NCBI RefSeq assembly: GCF_001194135.2
Contig: NC_068986.1
Coordinates: 11,058,013 to 11,122,012, forward strand
Length of the DNA: 64,000 nucleotides
Source of the DNA: Octopus bimaculoides
Taxonomy: Eukaryota
Direction: 5' to 3'
Shown here in pieces: positions 39,281-51,269 of this stretch (its first letter is position 1; each line of letters starts with the position of its first letter). The translations under genes were made by a program, and so were the position numbers. The notes beneath the pieces are model-generated. The model made no database searches and was not told the origin of the DNA. It saw only the letters and a list, made by a program, of their open reading frames with translations.

Positions 39281-40750
39281 GATGAAATGTTTATCATGTA
39301 ATAGTGTAGAATGAATTACAAAATGTAATGAAGACTTTCACTTGTCGTAATTGATAATAATATACATATCCTAGCTGGCTTAACCATCTTTTTTCTTCTT
39401 TTTTATCTAGTCAAAGTGTTTAAAAGAACACACCTCACGATTCATTTTGCTCAGAAACTGCAAAAATATAAACCAATCAAGACATTTGAATGTCATCAGT
39501 CTATAGTAATGTGTTTGTTTTAAACGAAATGTCATCATTCAAAAGACAGGAAGTAAACTCACGTGTCTTGAGAGGTAATATTGTCTCACAGGCAGTCTTG
39601 TCATGTGGTAAAAATGGAGAGAGAGAGAGAGTGGGAGAGAGAGAGAAAGAGAGTGGGAGAGAGAGAGAGAGAGAGAGAGTGGGAGAGAGAGAAAGAGAGG
39701 TATTTAAATGAGCTAGATTATTTATATAAGTTAAGTGTTCTGCTACATGCAAGAAACCTGCCTTCTAAAACATGACAATGCAAGAAAGTGGAACTTTAGA
39801 GAGAAGCCAGATGATTTCTCTGTGATGGGGAGCGGGTGGGATGGGGGTGTCAAAACAAAATTCAGAATATATTGTTTTTTCATCAAAAACACATTCAACA
39901 AAGCATTAAAAAAAAAGAAAAAAAAAACCTGAACAGATTATGAAACTAAACTGTAATTTTATTGTATGATGAAGTGGAAATGATGACAGTTGCATTTTTT
40001 TTTTTTGTGCCTAAATAAAAATCAAAACTAAGAGTAAATTTAATGAATTTGACCATGTTCTCATTGAAATCTTAAAAGAAACTGTATGGGGAAAATAAAT
40101 ACATGGAGCTGATTATGAGAAACAATATACAATACAAAAATATCTTGATACTCAGTTCAACACAAAATAGTTAACAGATTAAATGGATTTGAATAATGCA
40201 TAATTGAATGAAATAAATCTAACATGTTAATTAAATTCCTATTAGTCTAAATTAAGCAATGCAACTAATAAACTAGATTCCATCCAGTGAAAGGGGGAAG
40301 GGGTTTTCCAATGAAAAGCCCATCACCTGAAAACTTGTTTTCTGAAATATAAACTACTTTAATATTTAAAGTAAACCCTTGGCCAACAAAACAGCAGGTG
40401 GCCATTCAAATAAATGAAAAAAGTTGTATTAATTCTTTGATACAACAAACAGTTCCACAGAATGTGTCTGTATTAGAACCTTTTTGGTAACCCACCTACT
40501 CTACAAGCCCTCCCTAAAGAATAAAAACACAAAATATTTAAGTGGACATAACTATGACAAACTCAAGTCCAGTGATCAGAACTAGCAAACACCATTCCTG
40601 TGATTCCTGACTGAACAGAAGTTATCATCATCAAGAGGTGCACAAGGAAAGCATATACAACTCAAAAAAACAATGTTTAGACAGATCTCAGGCATTCCCA
40701 AAGAGAAGTATAGCTAGCAAATAGTACTTATTGCTTTAGAAATCTTACAA

Positions 40751-40781
<31 letters not shown>

Positions 40782-43700
40782 AACCCATTTTTTTCTGTAA
40801 TTTTATTTTTCACCAACCCTCTCACCTATTTTCTCAATGTTTCATTTAACTGAAACTTAAGGGGAAAAAAAAAAGAAATTAAATGTGTATGTATGCTGAA
40901 GGAAATAGAAAAATTTAAATAATCAAAAAAGGTATGGAAGACATAATTGCCAGAAACATTGAATTACCATCCAATAAACTTTAAGATTTCGTGTAATTGA
41001 CAGGACATTAAAATGTTTGAAGTGAAGGACTTAGATGTTCACAAATGCTTCTAAAAACTAAGGTTTTACTTGAAACTAAAACTGAACTGTAAGTCAAATC
41101 TTTGATGTTACCTAGCTCAGATAAATGGAATTGAAGGAACAAAGAGAAGACAACTGAACCATACCACTTACTATTGGGCAGAACAGAAATTATTATCATT
41201 ATGACTGTAACTTCAGATGTGTTAACACTGCAGAGTTTAGAGATGGCTTAGAAAGGATGAGCTTGTCTCGTCCATTTTGCTGGAAAGGAAAGGTTAAACA
41301 AGATCAGTTAAGTATAACATTTCCTTTGCTGGGTTGTGACCAGTCCCCCGTCCCCATTCTTCCCCGAAAACTCTTACCAAATAACCAAGAGCCCTCTGCA
41401 AACATACTACTTCTATATTCTCTACATAATTATTTTGGTTTAGAGAAACAAAATAATTAACTGCTGAACTGGTGGTTGTGGGGCTCTAAATCTCAACAAG
41501 ATACAAAACTTAATTGTTGACCACATATCTCCCATCACCATCAGAAAAAGCTGCCATCGTCCCTACACCAGTGAGATTTCCCACATATCAGACCAGTCAT
41601 TCTATCCATTTAGTAGTACATTCTCAGGCAGGTAGCAAACTGGGTCCTCCCCACATGAAAGGAGAGTAGTCTTAAGCCCAAAATACACGACTAGCTTAAT
41701 ACTGCAACTAATTTTTCCTGCTAAAAAGGGCTTTTATTCTTAAGTTACCTTCGAGTTTCGTCTTAATCTGACCAAATAATGCTGAGAGAGAGAGAGAAAT
41801 AGCATTTTTGAGTTATGTAACTGCTATTTCGTGTGCACACACACACATATGTATATATATATATATATATACATTCATTCTACATACGAATGCAGCCTAG
41901 AATCAACAGTACATTTGAGCTCAAAAGATAAACGCGGTGACAGTATTGTGTACAGGATCTACAACCTAATTAATTTTTGTGATATCTATTTTTTGAACAA
42001 ATTGGAAAATATAATCGGAGGGATTTGGAATAAAGATATTTAGAAAAAGAAAAGAAAAAAAAAATCAAATGAAATTCCAGTGTTGTAACTTAATCACACA
42101 CAATTCCTGAAATTAAAACATGCTTAAATTCTCAAATCACCATTGAACCAGGCGTTACAATAACATACTTTCTCTTTCATAATACCTTTTGAAAACTGGG
42201 GCCAATAACTCGTTTATTTACTAACTAAAAAATAAAGTTTATGCACCCACCCCCAATCCAGCCTTCCGGAAAAAAAAAACATCAACCATACGATGTTTAA
42301 AATATCAGCAGTTTACATAGGAAGGGAAGATTAATTTAATTAACTGGTTCACCTTAATGAATTCTATATAGAAATGAAAGCAGGATTATTAGGTAAAATA
42401 TAATATACGAGAGACACTAGTCGGAAGAGGATTACGAAAGAAAAAGTATGTTGTTCGGATAAAGATTTTGAAAAATGAGGAACAGGAAACAGGAAGCCCA
42501 ACTGCTTACCGATTCTACACTTTGTTCCTCTCCCTGGAAAGGAAGTTTAGCAAATAGCTTGAAAGCCCTATAGACATATACAAGGTGCGTGGATACTCTA
42601 AACATACATCTTAACCAGAGTGGAAGGGATATCCTTGTTAGGTTTTTGTTACTTAACAGTGAAACCCAACAATAGAGCTAAGTTTCCTGCAATTATACAA
42701 AGACATACAACCAAGTTAGTGGACAAAATAACCGAAACAAAAATAAATAAATATGCAGGTTTGTTTATACGATGGTACTTTTACAATTGTATTGTTATAT
42801 ATATATATATATATATATATATAATGAGAAACAACTTAAGTAATATCAAAAGTTTTATTCATGAATAATAAAGTTAAAAAAAAAAGTGGACCAATTTAGG
42901 AGAAAGGGAAAAAAATAACACCTAGAAGCGTCTAAACATTTTTGGTTTGTTATTTGTTAATTCGTTGTTCTACCTAAAAGGAGAGCTGATTAACTAATTT
43001 AAACTTACAAAGTTAATGTACCTGAAACACAATGCAATGTTACAATTATCTAATAAACTTAAAAACAAATATTAAAACTATCGTCATTGCAACAGGATGA
43101 GAAAGAATAGACTCATATATACATATACAATATACATTGTATATACATATACTGGGGTTAAAAAAAGAGGGGGGAATTGAAGTTTAATCTGGAAGAAGTA
43201 TTTCTCCTCCCCTCGCCACGACACATTATATAAAATGCACATATATATCTATATACATGCATACACACACATATATATTTATATATATATACAAATGGAG
43301 ACACACACATGGACCCGAGTGTTGTGTGTTGACGGAATTAAGGGTTGGTCTTTCCCTTTGTAAACAAAGTCCTTAACATTCGACACCTGAAGATCTTCAG
43401 TCAGTAATTAAGTAGTCTATGTTTTAATTAAGCTGGTTATTTTTTTCTTCAATGGCAGTTAATAATATAACAGTACAAGTTAGTTGGTAAAGAGATGTTT
43501 TATATTTGCTTGTTTTCTTCATATAGACACATGATGGATGAAATTGATGGATAAATGACGAGAAAATAATAAAAGGGGTGGGCGGGGAGATAAAAATTAA
43601 TGGTTTAAGATTCTACAAGGAGGAGGGTGGGTAGAGGAATTTATGACGTTCATGCCGTTACCTTAAATAAAGACATTAGCGACGAGAGTGAAATTAATTG

Positions 43701-45196
43701 CTTCAAACCCTGAACCAAGAAATTGAGGATCGCAAACTGGGACACGGCCTGAAGCTCACCCAATACTCTACGGCGCTCGCCATAAAAAACAATAACCCAG
43801 AAGAGGTGGAAATTACAGAATTGGAGTATAATTGGACTAATTGTAATTAATAAAAAAAAAAAAATTAAAAAAAACAACCTATAATGGTACATGACAAAGT
43901 AAATATATATATACACAGCTACCACAGAGCACATTACTCACTGCATGTGGTCATTAAATAACCAAGACAGCCTAGCAGACAGCATTTTTAACGAAATAAA
44001 AAAAGTAATACATCATCCCTTCCTGTTTTTTTTTTTATTTGTAAAAATGCAGAGGAGGAAAAAAAAAATTAATGTCCACACATAGTGTCCAGATTAGCTT
44101 GAAATGAATGAGTTGATATTTAGTTTGTATTGCATAATTTTTTTTAAAGATTTTTGGAGGGGGTATTTTATCATTTTTTTTGTTGTGCTTTTGGATTTTT
44201 TAAATATTTACTCTTTCTAAAAAAATCTATTTACATCAGCAAAAAAAAAAAAAAAAAAAATTCACGGAAGATCATAAACTCCCGCTTTTTTTTCTTGAAG
44301 TTGGAGGGGGGAATTTTTTCTTTTATAATTTTTTTTTAAATCTTAAATTCTTTCTTTCTTTCTCAGTATTCAAAATTACCTTAGAATATTCGTACTAAAA
44401 ACCCCATTTTCCCTTCCCTGTATTGTAACTTTTTCCTGTTTAATTTGTTTTTTTAAAGGAATGTGGTTAGTGAAGATGTGTTAACATCGTCCCTTAAACA
44501 TGATAATAATAATGCAGAGATAGATAAAACTTTTAGAAGAGAGCAGTAACACAAAAAAAAGAGAGTAAATCCTAAGAAGACATCTAAATGAATATTTCCT
44601 ATATTTGGTGGTGGTGGTGGTGGATGAGGTTGGAGTCCATTTGGTAAGAAACAACGAGTCTGTAGACAAAGGCAGGTCGGATGCAGATGCTGCACTTGAG
44701 AGAGAGAGAGAGAAAGAGAGACAGAGATAGAGATGATCATAACAATAATAAAAGTAATCAGAAATAATATGATGGCCAACAATGATCGACCGGACAATAC
44801 ACTTTCTCTTGTCGGGGAAAAAATAATTAAAAAAAAAAACAAACAAACAAACAGAAAATGTAGTCTCTATATTTGCAATTATTGTTATTATTTTCAAGTC
44901 ACTGGATTCAATGTTCACAGAAAAAAAACAGACAATTTTGATTTCTGCAGAAGTCTTCGGCTTAAGCTCATTCCAATTGACTTTTTTTGTCAACAATTTG
45001 GTATATCTTTGGGTTTTTTTTTGGTTCTTTCCTGTTTTGCTGTGCGAGTTGTTATTTTTCATTAAATCCAGTCTTGACCTTCTGGCTGTTTATGTTTCAT
45101 TTTCTTTTGGCTGAACAAGGGGGTAATAGTGATGATCAAAAGCTTACTAACTAGATATAGATTATAATAATTAAAAAAAAAAAAAAAAAAAAAAAA

Positions 45197-45886
45197 NNNN
45201 NNNNNNNNNNNNNNNNNNNNNNNNNNNNNNNNNNNNNNNNNNNNNNNNNNNNNNNNNNNNNNNNNNNNNNNNNNNNNNNNNNNNNNNNNNNNNNNNNNNN
45301 NNNNNNNNNNNNNNNNNNNNNNNNNNNNNNNNNNNNNNNNNNNNNNNNNNNNNNNNNNNNNNNNNNNNNNNNNNNNNNNNNNNNNNNNNNNNNNNNNNNN
45401 NNNNNNNNNNNNNNNNNNNNNNNNNNNNNNNNNNNNNNNNNNNNNNNNNNNNNNNNNNNNNNNNNNNNNNNNNNNNNNNNNNNNNNNNNNNNNNNNNNNN
45501 NNNNNNNNNNNNNNNNNNNNNNNNNNNNNNNNNNNNNNNNNNNNNNNNNNNNNNNNNNNNNNNNNNNNNNNNNNNNNNNNNNNNNNNNNNNNNNNNNNNN
45601 NNNNNNNNNNNNNNNNNNNNNNNNNNNNNNNNNNNNNNNNNNNNNNNNNNNNNNNNNNNNNNNNNNNNNNNNNNNNNNNNNNNNNNNNNNNNNNNNNNNN
45701 NNNNNNNNNNNNNNNNNNNNNNNNNNNNNNNNNNNNNNNNNNNNNNNNNNNNNNNNNNNNNNNNNNNNNNNNNNNNNNNNNNNNNNNNNNNNNNNNNNNN
45801 NNNNNNNNNNNNNNNNNNNNNNNNNNNNNNNNNNNNNNNNNNNNNNNNNNNNNNNNNNNNNNNNNNNNNNNNNNNNNNNNNNNNNN
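45197..45886. other. Assembly gap (690 N) flanked by an A run and a T run; other gaps at 22516-22526, 31052-31292 and 58981-58990
   Basis: N runs in the sequence. Confidence 1.
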
Positions 45887-46002
45887 TTTTTTTTTTTTTT
45901 TTACCAAATGAATTCGAGAAAGAAAAAGGAATTATTTTTTTTATACCCCCCGCCTTTTTTTTATGTGAGTGTTAATATCTCTCAAGTCTCTCTCTTCTTC
46001 CT

Positions 46003-46677
46003 TCATTCGTCATCTTCTTCATCTCCCTCTTCATCATCTTCGTCGTCCATCTCTTCCTCCTCGACATCTTCCCCATACCCAACCACGCCAGCTTCTATCT
46101 TTGTTCTTTTTTCCTCGGGACCGCCGTCAAGCATCACAACACCCCCTTGTCGCTTTCGGTACTCGGCCATAGCGATTTCATATTTCTTGGCTTCTTCCTG
46201 ACTTTTTATCTCAAAGGGTTTCTTTTGTTCGTCCGTCATGTTTCGCCACTGCTCCCCTGCCTTCCGCAGAATGTCTTTGTGGTCAAGTTTACCCTGCATC
46301 ATTTTCCGGAACTCGGCCAAGAATAGAAAATACGAAGTCTGCGGCCGTTTTGGCTTGTTCGGATCGACCATATCTTTGCCTTTGTACTGAGCCATTTCGC
46401 GGTCATATCGTGCCTTGTCCAGAGCGGCTTTTTCTTCGAATGGTTTTTTTTCCATAGCTGTAAAATTCCTCCATCTTGCAGAGCATTCTTTGGTAAACTC
46501 CGTAACTTTGGTAATTTGGGTCCCAGCTCTTGCCGCCTGCTCCCTGCAACTGGCCATAAAATAGAAATACGCCGATGTGGATCTCTTTGGCTTATTAGCG
46601 TCTTGCAAGCGCTTTTTCCGCCGCGGAGGTTCCACAACATTCATCCGCGCCATTTCCGTGTAACTGTAAGTGTTCAT
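46003..46677 (-). CDS. HMGB: High-mobility-group B (HMG1/2-like) protein, 224 aa, single-exon CDS: HMG box A (~aa 26-98), box B (~aa 105-174), D/E acidic tail (aa 203-224)
   Basis: The ORF contains DANKPKRSTSAYFYF..CRE..EFTKECSARWR..KKPFEEKAALDKARYDREMAQY and DPNKPKRPQTSYFLF..AGEQWRNMTDEQKKPFE..Y, both canonical HMG-box motifs, followed by an acidic C-terminus. The family symbol is given; the specific orthologue cannot be assigned. Confidence 0.95.
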   Translation of the reverse strand: MNTYSYTEMARMNVVEPPRRKKRLQDANKPKRSTSAYFYFMASCREQAARAGTQITKVTEFTKECSARWRNFTAMEKKPFEEKAALDKARYDREMAQYKGKDMVDPNKPKRPQTSYFLFLAEFRKMMQGKLDHKDILRKAGEQWRNMTDEQKKPFEIKSQEEAKKYEIAMAEYRKRQGGVVMLDGGPEEKRTKIEAGVVGYGEDVEEEEMDDEDDEEGDEEDDE

Positions 46678-46759
46678 TGTTCCTTGCTTTGGTGGCGGTT
46701 TAACTTCCTCACAATATTACTTATCTCCCTTCTCAAGAAGGAAATAGATGCCGTCAAAT

Positions 46760-46900
46760 TTCGGAAACTTCCGGAACAATTCGTCCAGACTCGAGAACTT
46801 CCGCAACTACCCGGATGCTCTTATTTTAACTTTCGGTAACTTCCGTTAATCTCCGGACGTTAACGAAGATGCTTCACTAGTAGTTATGCGCCTGCGCTCT
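46760..46900 (-). promoter_or_regulatory. Probable HMGB proximal promoter: three ETS/GABP-type GGAAGT cores and an NRF1-like element
   Basis: The plus strand has ACTTCCGG at 46767-46774, ACTTCCGC at 46797-46804, AACTTCCGTT at 46838-46847 and TGCGCCTGCGC at 46887-46897. The segment is CpG-rich and lies 90-220 bp upstream of the ATG. Confidence 0.55.
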
Positions 46901-47499
46901 CCCTTACCTTTTTCGGTCCCGCCGACAGAGCAAGTGAGCGGTGGACGGCCGGTTGAAGTAATAATATATATATATATAGAGAGAGAGAGAGTCACTTACC
47001 TAAGTGAGTGAGGGTGGTTAATGCCTGAGTGAGGGAGTGAGTGAGAGAGATGGAGAAGAGTGAGTATATCCAACCAACGACCAAGATAATGTGACCGACG
47101 GAGAAAAACTCTTGTGTGGCGTTTTTTCACTTCAGATTATTAGTTTTTTTTTTATTTTAAAACAACTTAATGGAATTAATTTTACTCACTTGATTTTTTT
47201 TTAAAGTGATTGAGTATTCATTCATTCCTCCAATGTTTCTTGTAGCTGGCAAGCAACCAAAAAAACTATGGCGCATTTCGAATGGTGAAACATTTATTAC
47301 ATATTTTTCATAAAATTGAAGTGATTTTCGATAACTTTTTTTTTAAGCTTGAACTTAATATATTTAATCCTTTATATATATATAATAATATATATTTTTT
47401 TTTTGCGTAATTCAAATTCTCTTTTCTCTGTTTTTTTTCTTTTGTAAATTTCTCCTAGTTTTGGTTTCGTCTTTTTTTCCTTCCTGTGTCGCTGTTTAA

Positions 47500-48540
47500 A
47501 AAAAATCCTGTCGATATACACTGGCTGTTATGAAGAGAAAATTGGCGCTTGATGAAGAAGGAGCTGGCGGGTTTTTCTTGTGATGGTGGCGGTGTAAGCA
47601 AGCAATACTGTGGTGTGCAAACGGTAGTGGCGGCGGTGATGTAGTAATGGACTGTACCAAAATGATGATGGCGGTGGTGGTGACGAATTGTGGTGGAGGT
47701 AGGAGTTAGTGGTGGTGATGGTGGTGGCAGCTGGTCGGCTGCTGTACACGGCGCTCTCTGCTATTGCTGCTTATAGTGGCGGCTCTAGATATTGTACTGC
47801 TGTATGCCTGCTTACTTCTTCTAGTGGTGGTAGTAGCAGCGGCGGCGGCGGCAGTAGCGTAGTAATATTAATGTTAATACCACTACTACTACTACTGCTG
47901 TTGTTGCCCACTGCTACACTTAGCAAGGAGATGGCGGCGGAGACGACAGCGGTGGCGGGCGATGTCGCGCTCGCGCTTATCTGTACGCCTTGTACTACAT
48001 GGACGAAGGTGGTAGTGGCGGTGGATGGATGCGTGCGCGCGCGTATCGTTTATATCGTTGCTGCTACATAAGCTTAGGCGATGGTGGTAGTGGGGCTGAT
48101 GTACTGGCTATACTACCTCTCACTGCTACCCCTTCACTCGTTCACTGCTGCCTTTATTACATACTTGAAACAGTCCTACTTTCATCTCCCCCTCTCTTAC
48201 TCAGTAGCACCCTTTCGTTTTTGCCTCTTTCTCCTCTCACTATATCACAAGGGAGAACGGAGAGATTGGCTCACCCCTCTCTCTTTGTCTCTATTTTACT
48301 CGCTCGCTCTCTATATATTTATATATCTTCTATGAAACATAGTTTTCAATCTGAACGGCCTATTAAAATAAAAGGGACTTCGTTGTGTATGTTTGTTCCA
48401 CAGAGACACGGCATCGGTTGGTTAATAGTATTGAAGGAGGAGGAGGAAAGAGGTAAGATGCGAATGAAGGGGAGTAGGCTCGATAGGAAGATATTCAATA
48501 CTGGGGGCGGAGGCGTAGTAAGAAGAAAAAAAGAAAAACG
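47500..48540 (+). other. GC/CpG-rich low-complexity segment ending in a canonical splice donor; probable first exon of a gene or lncRNA divergent from HMGB
   Basis: It has GGT/GGC/CTA trinucleotide runs and many CpGs. The plus strand has GAAAAACG|GTAAGT at 48540/48541 and a second candidate donor, GAG|GTAAGA, at 48452/48453. No recognisable protein domain. Confidence 0.4.
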
Positions 48541-49005
48541 GTAAGTTGAATTAGGGAGTGGGAACGGATTGCCTTGTGAGTTAGTAATTACACTTTGTTG
48601 TGAAAGTCCGAGGAAGGGGAGGAAATGTAGCAAAGATGATGGAAGGTGGTGGAAGCGGTGGGGAATGAAGCTAGAAATTTTGTTTTGATTTATTTATTCT
48701 CATTGTTTGGTTTTGTGTTTTTTTTTTCTCCATCTCTATTATTATTATTATTATTATTATTTTAAAATATTTTTTCTATTAAAATCGTTACATATGACGC
48801 CATAATTTCACCGATGATGATCTGAAAAAGGCGAATACGATAATACTGCTCGTTTAAAAACACTTTAGTTCATTTGGCAGTTTCGTGAAGCAAAAAAACT
48901 TGTTTACTTCGATTTTTTGGGGTCTAACATCATTAATAACACTCTATAACCAATTCTTTCTTCAAATCGTTACTCTTCTTTAGTTCTTTAATTCACCACA
49001 CACAC

Positions 49006-49036
<31 letters not shown>

Positions 49037-49947
49037 GTGTGTGTATATGTATGTATACATTTATTCTGTCCTTCTAATGTGAACAATGTCTTTTACTGAA
49101 CGAGTGTCAATTTGTAGTTGAAGTGTTTTAAGCTTGAGCAGCACGTGTGTTCAAATTTACAATGACTGATGGTGACTTTTGGTATAAAATAGATTTATTT
49201 ATAAACGAATCTCCCTATAGTTTATTTGATTTTCTTAAACATTCAATTTTTGGTTACAAAATATTTAGAAAGAAAAGGATAACGTCAGTGAAGAATATAA
49301 ATAAAAAAATTTTTTTTGACAGTTGATTAGGGGAGAAACGAAAAAATGGATAATAGTATTATTTTTCGTAATTAAATTATCGATAGAAGGAAATATTAAT
49401 GTTTTGTATTCAGTAACTTGCACTTTTACGAACGATCTTGCGCTCTCTGCAGCCAAAACTTAAGAATTAAGTCTTTTGTTTCAGACCTACCATATCTATG
49501 TATCTATCTATCTCTCTATATATATATAATGTGTATATATATTTACGTGTATGTATAATGTATGTTGACGTACAATGTGCGTATGAGTATATATTTATAT
49601 TTTATATTATTCATTCATATTACATATGTATGGTTGTTTGAAGTTATTTTTTAAATGAATTTCTCTTTCTGTGTATATCTCTTCACCTGTATATATTGTG
49701 ATTGAGAAGTGTCGATAGAAGAAGGTGTCGGGGGTGGTTTATAGATTTGAAAAATGGTAAAAAAAAACCGTTAAAAGGAAGGGAGGCAATACGAGAAAAT
49801 CCTCCAGAGAACATCACTTTGTATATTGTGTTAAGATATTTTAATTCAGACCATTTGTTCCCCTTAGACTTTGCCTTTATTCTATGGCTAAATCAACGAT
49901 AAGCAAGCTAAACACACTAATTCGAAATTTACTACGAACCCTTTTGC

Positions 49948-49983
<36 letters not shown>

Positions 49984-51269
49984 ATCTCAGGTGCTTATTT
50001 CTAAACAAAGAAACCTGTCCAGTGTTTATTTCTGTGTCTTTAAGAGAATTATTTTGTAATTTTATTCTTCGTTTAAATTTAGATTTTTTTTGTTAATTTA
50101 TAATTATTCACTTTAGCTAAAAGAATATTATAAATAAACACTTTCCTTTCTCTTTAATATAGTTGAAAAATACAAGTGGGAAGAGTAAAAATATAACAGA
50201 TTATAGTTGGCAGTAATTTTTAAATATGTTGATTTGTCCATTGTCAGCATCTCTTAAATTATATACACTTATATTATCATTATATATCTTAGAACTGTGT
50301 CCGTCCATAAGCCAAGTTGATTGTGTTTCCAGTGAATATGCTGTGCTGAGATAAGGCGGTTTGTTGGCATAAATACCATACATACAGAGAAAAATCAGAC
50401 ACACACATACAAAGTGCGTATTACCGCCCGCCGCTGTCCTCAACCTGCCATCCTTATCGATCCATACAAAGCAATATTCCTAGTCACCTTCAAAACTTGG
50501 CATATCATTATGCAATTTTACCATTATTTCTTACAATGGCCAACTTTTTTTTTTCCATTCTCTCTCTATGTAAGTGTTTTGGCTAAACAAAGCGAAAAAA
50601 AAAGTAAAAAGAATATATTTTAAAATTTAAACATTATTTTAGTGGAAAGTGTAAAATTCGTTTATATCTATAAACATGATTTTTGATATAAACATATTTG
50701 ATCAAATAGAAAACTTTTCGAATCTCAGGAGATGCAATGTCTAAACCGCTTTTATAGATGGCGTAGCTTTTGTAAGTGTGTGCATGTGTGTGCACGCGTG
50801 TATGTATGTGCGCGTGCGTAAATGTGTGTGTGTGTGTGTGTATGTAATTTTAGAGGAAGTGGGGGTTTATTTTCTTAATATCATAAGATTCTCGTTTAAT
50901 ATATATAACAGAAAGAAATATAACCAAGCCAAAAGTTGTGCAGTCGATTTTTGGCTGCGATCAGATTGTGTGCGACAGGCTTCCATTCTTCATTCTGACC
51001 TTGTTTTCGCTGCTGCTCCACATAGAAAAATGGATGGCTATGGCAGCAGCAACACACACACACACTCGCTAGCCTTGTGATACATACATACATACCACGC
51101 ACTTAACTCTAAGCAAGCTTTTCTTCAGGACCTTCCAACAATTTGATCATCTTTAAATAAACTTGCGTTACCTATTATCTCCAATCACAATATACAAGCT
51201 AATTCTTTTTTTCCTTTCTTCTTAATGTTATTTAAACTTATTAATACTAATAATAATTCTTTCTAATTT

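Noticed and set aside
44453-45114. Overlapping 110-193-aa ORFs on both strands
   Set aside because: These are low-complexity products of A/T runs and GA repeats in presumed UTR, without domain signal.
45062-45907. 281-aa ORF, and the ORFs across 31052-31292
   Set aside because: They are artefacts of reading through N gaps.
46299-46839. Alternative-frame and antisense ORFs over HMGB
   Set aside because: They are shadow ORFs of a GC-richer real CDS.
48814-48825. ATGATGA...CTGA resembling snoRNA boxes C and D
   Set aside because: The boxes are only 1 nt apart, with no terminal stem or guide region.
50418-50436. GTATTACCGC resembling the SSU rRNA 519R primer site
   Set aside because: The match is only 10 nt and the flanks show no rRNA similarity.
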